A stretch of 62,797 bases of DNA, the filler included. It is 11 parts of 11 records of this genome, joined end to end, with 100 filler letters (N's around TTAATTAATTAA, not from the genome) between each part and the next. Parts side by side here need not be neighbours in the genome. Positions count along the whole stretch, not along the records: positions 51,929 to 57,954 come from SRR7504441_3833; positions 58,055 to 62,797 come from SRR7504441_3837; 9 more parts are not named here. One strand, written 5' to 3'. A program made the translations under genes and the position numbers. The notes under the pieces were generated by a model. It was not told the DNA's origin, made no database searches, and saw only the letters and a program-made list of their open reading frames with translations. Shown piece by piece: positions 56,986 to 62,797 of the stretch (position 1 is its first letter; each line of letters opens with the position of its first letter).

Positions 56986-57920
56986 ATGGTGCGTGGTCTG
57001 AGCTCGGCCGTGTACGTGCCGTGGGGCCTGTGGTGGTTCTGCACGAGCCCCGGGCTTTGGGGGCTCGCGCTCGGACCGATGCTGCTTTGCTTGCTCGCGG
57101 TGGGCTTCGTCACGCTGGCCCTTTTCCTGGTTGCTCTTGTCCCCCAGACCGGTGAGCCTCCGACAGCCTGCCGCACTGACCCGGCGGGCGCCAGTGCTGC
57201 TGGCCGGGCTAGTGACGCCTTGGCTAGCGCCGGTGATAGCGGTTGTGCTGGTTTGCGTCGAGGCCGCTCTGATCACCCAGCTTCTGGTCAGCTGCTGCCT
57301 GGCACGGGCGCAGGACGCGATCTTCGAGAAGGTCTTGCTCGAACGGTTGAACCAGACCGAGCTACGGCGAGACGACCAGGATTGGGCCGGGATCTGGCGA
57401 TCTGCCGGCGCCCTGTGCAAGTTCACCTGTCTCCGGCTGGTTGTGATGGTCGCCGCCCTGCCGCTGAACATGATCCCGGTGACGCTCCCCCTGCCGTCCT
57501 GAGCCTGGCCACAGCTGGTGGGCACCGCGATGTGGCTGGCCATATCCGGATACTTCCTCGGTGCGCTTTCCGTTGGGTTTGCCTGACTGGCCCGCAGCTT
57601 GGGACGCGCACAGCGGGTATTTTGAGTATAAGAGTATGGACTTTGCAGCGCAATCGGCACACGTTGCCGGGCGGCGGATCGAATACTCGGCGTTCGGGTT
57701 CACGGCGCAGCTCGTGGAGATCTGCCCAGTTCTGAACGTGATTTGCTTCTTTTCGAATTTCGCTGGGGCGGCGCTTTGGGCAGCAACAATGGAAGGCACG
57801 GAGCAAGCTGATGAGCCCACGCCTGCGGAGGTGCAGAGGCCACAGAACTTGTCGTCGCCGCTGCTGGAGGAGCCGCTGAGTCCGACTGAGAAGAGGATGT
57901 TAGCTCGCGTCCAGTCCTAA
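56986..57920 (+). CDS. EI24/CysZ-like multi-pass membrane protein, multi-exon
   Basis: GLWWFCTSPGLW, QDAIFEKVL, LPLNMIP..G, AWD.H..YF..K, Y.AFGF.A.L.E..P.LN..F.SN..GAALWA..ME. Confidence 0.7.
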
Positions 57921-58054
57921 AACTCAACAATTTCATTCCACTCGGGATCAACGCNNNNNNNNNNNNNNNNNNNNNNNNNNNNNNNNNNNNNNNNNNNNTT
58001 AATTAATTAANNNNNNNNNNNNNNNNNNNNNNNNNNNNNNNNNNNNNNNNNNNN

Positions 58055-59682
58055 GTAGTAGCCTCTTTCCAGGAGCTTGTAGCACATGTCAATCCCAACG
58101 AACTCCCCTCGGTCTGGGTTGAACACGCCCTGGTTGAGCTTGTGCAGCCGCGCCATCAGCGTTTGCACCACCTCAGGATTTTGCTGTGCCACGTCGCTCG
58201 ACTCAGTCGGGTCAGCGCGAATGTCGTAAAGGCAGCCTTTACCGCAGTCCCGCCCTTTGTTGAGCACATTTCGCACGGCGCTTATCCCATAGCCGACGCC
58301 GTAGATGTCAAATTTGACCTTGTCCGGGCTCTGGAACTTGTTGATGTTGCCTGCGTCGCTCCCCGTCAACAGTTTCCAATTGCCGGCGATCAGAGTCTTG
58401 GGCGAGATATGCATCCCGGTGCGCGCGCCCTTGGCGACAGCCCCGCTGAGCAACGGCCATTGGTTGATAGAGTCGATCGGCGGGAGATTGTGCTGCGCTG
58501 CGAGCTGATCGGCCGGGTCGACACCTGCAAGAGCGCAAAATGTAGCATACCAGTCCGCGATGTGGATATAATCATCTATCTGGGTGCCCCGGACCTCTAC
58601 CGGCAGCAGCCCGCCTGCCAGCACGGATCACTAGCCGGCGCGCCCGTGCACGCACCGCTGACCATGGCGTTCACGCGGATGCCGCCCTCCCAGTCCGAGG
58701 TCTTGCCCCCCCGCAGCGGATGGTTGTCGGCACCCCCGAACAGCTTGAGAGACTTGCCGGCGTAGATCGGCCCGCCGTTGTCCGAGCTGATCACCAGCAG
58801 CGTGTTCTGCCACATGCCCTTGAGCTTGAGCTGTTCAACCAGCTTGCCAACTGAACTGTCCATAAACGACACCATCGCGTTGTACGCTCGACGGGTCGGG
58901 TCTGCAATCCGGCTGTACGGTTCGAGCAGCTCGGCAGGCGGGTCAAGCGGGGTGTGGATCGAGTGGAATGCGTGGAACAAGAACAACGGCACCCCCTTGG
59001 CTGGGTCGTGCTCAGCGATCAGCTTGAGGCTCTGATTCATAAACAAATAGTCCTCCCACATCGTCCCGTTCAGTCCGTACGCCGGGCCGTCGTTGAGCGA
59101 GAGGTCGCGGATCCCGTTGATCCCGTGCTTTTCGCACGCTTTGGGCACCTCGACAGAGGAGGACTTGACTGTTGAGTCCCAATAGTCGTTGGAGTCCATC
59201 AAATACCCCAGGAAGGAGTCATACCCCCTGCTGAGTGGCATCTGCTCCGGCCGGGCAAACCCAACCCCCCACTTGCCGTTGTAGTGGGTCGAGTACCCCG
59301 CTTGCTTGAGCTTGCCGGACACCAGCGTCATCTTTGTAGGAATCCCAGCGCTGCCCGACACTTTGTCCGCCGGATTCACAGACATCGGGTCGGTGGCGTT
59401 TACGTTCACGTGCACAGGCAGCCGGCCCGACATCAGGCTGGCCCTGGACGGCGCGCACCACGAGTACGCGTAGTGCCGGTTGAGCTGGATGCCCCCAGCC
59501 AGCAGCTCTTCGAGCACCGGGGTCTGGGTCTTGTTGCCATCGCCTCCGCGGTAGCTGACGTCGGCCCATCCGAGATCGTCCACCAGCAGGAACACAAGGT
59601 TGGGCTGCTGCTGCTTGTTGTTGATGGCCGCGTGCCCCCCCCACAGAAACAGGCACAGCACCGCCGCCCCCCTGCTCCACAT
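58055..59682 (-). CDS. Secreted formylglycine-type sulfatase (arylsulfatase B-like), 3'-truncated
   Basis: Signal peptide, PNLVFLLVDDLGWADV, CAPSRASLMSGR (CxPxR), GKW, SSDNGG, N.PLRGGK...WEGGIRV, HIADWYATF. Confidence 0.93.
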
Positions 59683-59835
59683 TCCGGCCGCAAATTAATG
59701 CCCGAGATTGCCCGTAATATGCCGTTGCCATGATGAGTGTCCGTAGATTGTCGAGTACAATCCGTACCTGACTGCGTACCTGTACGTACACGTCGAAGAA
59801 AAGCAAGAGGAAATCGATTCCAAATTTAGCTAGTG

Positions 59836-62664
59836 CTATAAGAGGTCGGCCTCGTCTAGGTCGTACGCAAAGCTACTCGAGTTCCAGAAATTGCTCGTGT
59901 TGTAGTCCTCCGGCGCTTGTAAGTCGTGGCCTATTCTATCATGCGGAAACATCACGTCGACCATCTCTAGCAAGCTTGAATACGTCTTGGTGTAGGTCGA
60001 CAGCCCGGACCCGGTCTGTATGGTCCCCGCCGGGTTAATAATGAATATCTTCCCATCGGGCACTCCAACAGTTCTATATGAGATAGCATCGGTGTTCCTG
60101 CCAAAGCAAGCTGGAAACAGGGTCACTGTGAGCGGTAGTGCCTGTTCCCAAAGCCTGCGTAGATCGGCGGCGGCTGATCCGGAGGGAACAGCGAGCAGAT
60201 GTTCCGGAGCGCTGCAATCTTAAACTCCTGTCGATTGATCGTTAGGCTGCAGTGCAGGTTAGCAGAAGTCGCCTCGGGCCGGCGGAGAATCACTTCGCGC
60301 GTGAAGGCCACAATCAACCCGTCCGGGCTCATGATCACCTACCAAACGGACGTAAACTGGCATTGATTAAGGAAGAAAGTCACGGGGCCGGCTGGCAGCC
60401 CCTCGCGCGCCTCGCCTTGCTCAACTGACTGCAGGTAGCCACGGGTGGTGCTGGCAACCGGTCAATGATCAGTCAATTAATAATTAATTCACCTGGCTTG
60501 TCCGAGCGCCCGAGAGGTGAGGTAGAAGATGTAGTAATTGTTCTGGACGATGGCGCGGAGCAGCGCAGTCACGCCAGGGTGAGACCAGTCCATCCCAACC
60601 TGCGCCGGCGGCTCGATCGAGCTGCAACTATATAATAAATCGGACCTGCGGGAGAATCTGGCCGAGCACGTCGGATCGAGTGATGGTCCCATCCACGTCT
60701 GCACACCCTAATCATCAGCCAGCGCGAGCCTATTATGATAATATTATTAATTAATACTAAGTATTGTATCAGCTCAGTGCCTGAGACGATAATCTTGGCA
60801 TCGTGAGGCCACAAAAAGATGAAACAGGCCACGGCCGACGATGACTTGGCGATCACGAATTCGACCGTGTTTTGCCCGGGCTGAACCTTCCCAATCAGCA
60901 AAGCCCTAATCCAACACCTTGTCGCCTGCAGGTTCATCAGCGCCAGCTGACTCGAGCTCGGGTAGAGCGTCCGTATGTTCCGGGGCGGGTCCGGTGGCGG
61001 TGACGGCGGCGGCGGCAGCGGCGGCACAGGCGGCACCGGAGCGGGCTTGGCTCGCCTGGCGGTTGAGTGTTAGCATTAAATCAGCGAGCGTTGGGTACCT
61101 GAATGGCCAGATCGACCAGCCAGTGCTCCCAGGCTGGGGCGGCTCTATCAGCTCCATCGAGGGCGGGCGGCCTGCTGAGGCTGGGAGCTAGCCGCTGCCG
61201 GAGGTCACACCATATAGCAGAACCGACATGATCGCTGCGAGTGCCGGCTTCCCGGGCAAGTAGCAGTCTCCCGACCGCACCTACCTCTCCGATCAATACT
61301 AAATAAATAAATAAATAAGAGTTAAAGCGGCAGCGTACCATCAGCCGAGCGTGGTGCAGAAGGCTTGGATCCGCCTCAAACGCGGCCTGGCCCACCTGCC
61401 CTCCCGGATCTACATTAATAAACCCCAACCGCCCGCCTTGTGCTTGTCGAACAGCTGGGCGGCAGAGGTCGCATCCGTTGGAAGCTCCCCCCCACAGAGA
61501 GAGATCTCGAGGGAATCAGGCCGGATCCCGTTCTGTGCCCATTCGGCCAAGAGCCCGATCACCGCTTCAGTCGAGCAGCCCTGCGGCTCCTCCCCCGTGG
61601 CCCCAGCCTCCTCCTCAGCGGGCTCATCGCCAGCCTCCTGCTCCTCTTCAGCAGCCTCGGCAGCGGCGGCCTCCTGCTCAGCCTCGCCTGCGGCCTCGGA
61701 TGCAGGCTCGGCCTCTTCAGCGGCCTCCTCGGCCGCAGGTGCAGCGGCCTCCTCCACCGCGGGCCCGCCCGACTGCGGCTCTAGCGAGTCGCCCGGCGGA
61801 TGCCGCCCCTTCGGGGTGTGGTACAGGTCGGCCCCTCGCGGGGTTTCCCGCACTGGATCCTCCTCATCCGGCGACTCAGCCGGCGAGCCGTCCTCCGACC
61901 GCTTAGCAAAGAACGACGGCCACCACGAGCCGGAGCTCGGGCTGTCTGCCAGACCCGGCCGGCGCTCCTCCACGTCCTTCTCCGGCATCCCGCCCCACTC
62001 CCAGTGCAGCGGTGGGCCTTCGTGTTCGAGTGCAGCCGGCTGTGGGTGCTCGGGGGGTGGGAGCTCGACCTCGTCAGGGCCCGAGTCCTGCCAACGGCTC
62101 CACAGGCCGTCAGAGGGGGCAGCCGACCAGTTCACGCGGCGAGATTTCGGGCGATGTCTCAACGGATGCGATCGGGGATGCCTCCCACTCGGAGGGTATC
62201 TGGACGAGGTCAGACCGGTCACCAGGGCTGGGCGCCTCAGACTGGTCGGTCTGGTGGACGAAGTAAGCCTCGCCGGCCGAGCCGAGCTTCATCTGGACGC
62301 CCACCTGCCCAACGCAAATCAGCCGACATCGCCAGCCCGGCAGCTGCCTCCTCCCCGTTGACCTTGAGGTGGACCACCTGCCCGCGGTCTCAGCCCGGGC
62401 CGCAGCCGGGGCGGCGCCTTCTCCCGACTGCGCAGGCACTTGATGGCAGCGTACCGCACGTGGAACGGAGTGGACCTGCCCGGAGGTCAGCGGCTGGCTT
62501 TCCGTTGGGAGGGCTTGAAGCTGCCGTCCGGCTGGTGGACCACTATCACGTCGATCGCCCCCGATAGCCCTGCCGGACTCGGATGGGCCAGGGCGGGGGG
62601 CACCGGTGGTGTTGAAGCCGAGCTGGTCCTGCACGAAGGTGCGCGGGTTGAGGAACGAGGCCAT
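59836..62664 (-). CDS. LPIN: Lipin/Pah1 phosphatidate phosphatase, multi-exon
   Basis: [23 protein letters not shown]-like and [70 protein letters not shown]. Confidence 0.93.
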
Positions 62665-62797
62665 TCAGCCGTGTCAGACCGGGATCGGCAGCACTGCCGG
62701 TGACAAAACACCGGTACCTAAGTACCGGTACCCAAGTACAAGTGTACAAGTACTGTACCAGCTACAGTATGCTCGAAACGGAGATTTTTCCCGATTT

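Noticed and set aside
10636-59682. GH28 + sulfatase + beta-helix protein as a polysaccharide-utilisation cluster
   Set aside because: The genes are on different contigs joined artificially, so there is no evidence of linkage.
62705-62770. GTAC-rich low-complexity repeats upstream of lipin
   Set aside because: Short, irregular and at the window edge; similar GTAC/CATG-rich patches occur in other intergenic regions and no function can be supported.

Overview
This is not one locus. It is 11 contig pieces joined by ten artificial 100-bp spacers (N-run / TTAATTAATTAA / N-run), so adjacency across spacers means nothing. The DNA looks like the compact nuclear genome of a flagellated microbial eukaryote: GC-rich, gene-dense, mostly 35-60 nt spliceosomal introns with many GC-AG donors, head-to-head gene pairs and TTAGGG-type repeats. 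I cannot assign the lineage from sequence alone. Recognisable genes: an NRPS-like A-T-TE module, a MARCH6/DOA10-type E3 ligase, a GH28 hydrolase, a PAN-domain protein, MnmG/MTO1, a C2 protein, Mpv17+EF-hand, an SDR, a MUB-like ubiquitin fold, NAT9, long-form RNase Z, a 2OG-Fe(II) oxygenase, CFAP53-like, ferritin, an Sfi1-like repeat protein, fused LeuC-LeuD, threonine dehydrogenase, Mo25, Kelch, XRN-like, sterol desaturase-like, EI24-like, a sulfatase and lipin. Three observations stand out. (1) An adenylation domain carries a complete, catalytically intact SGNH/GDSL hydrolase inserted between its A2 and A3 motifs. (2) An exact 548-bp inversion bounded by GATC sites sits inside the PAN-protein gene, and flipping it restores one continuous ORF. 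(3) On three different contigs, short TTAGGG tracts sit in introns between direct repeats. Exon boundaries were inferred by eye and are approximate.
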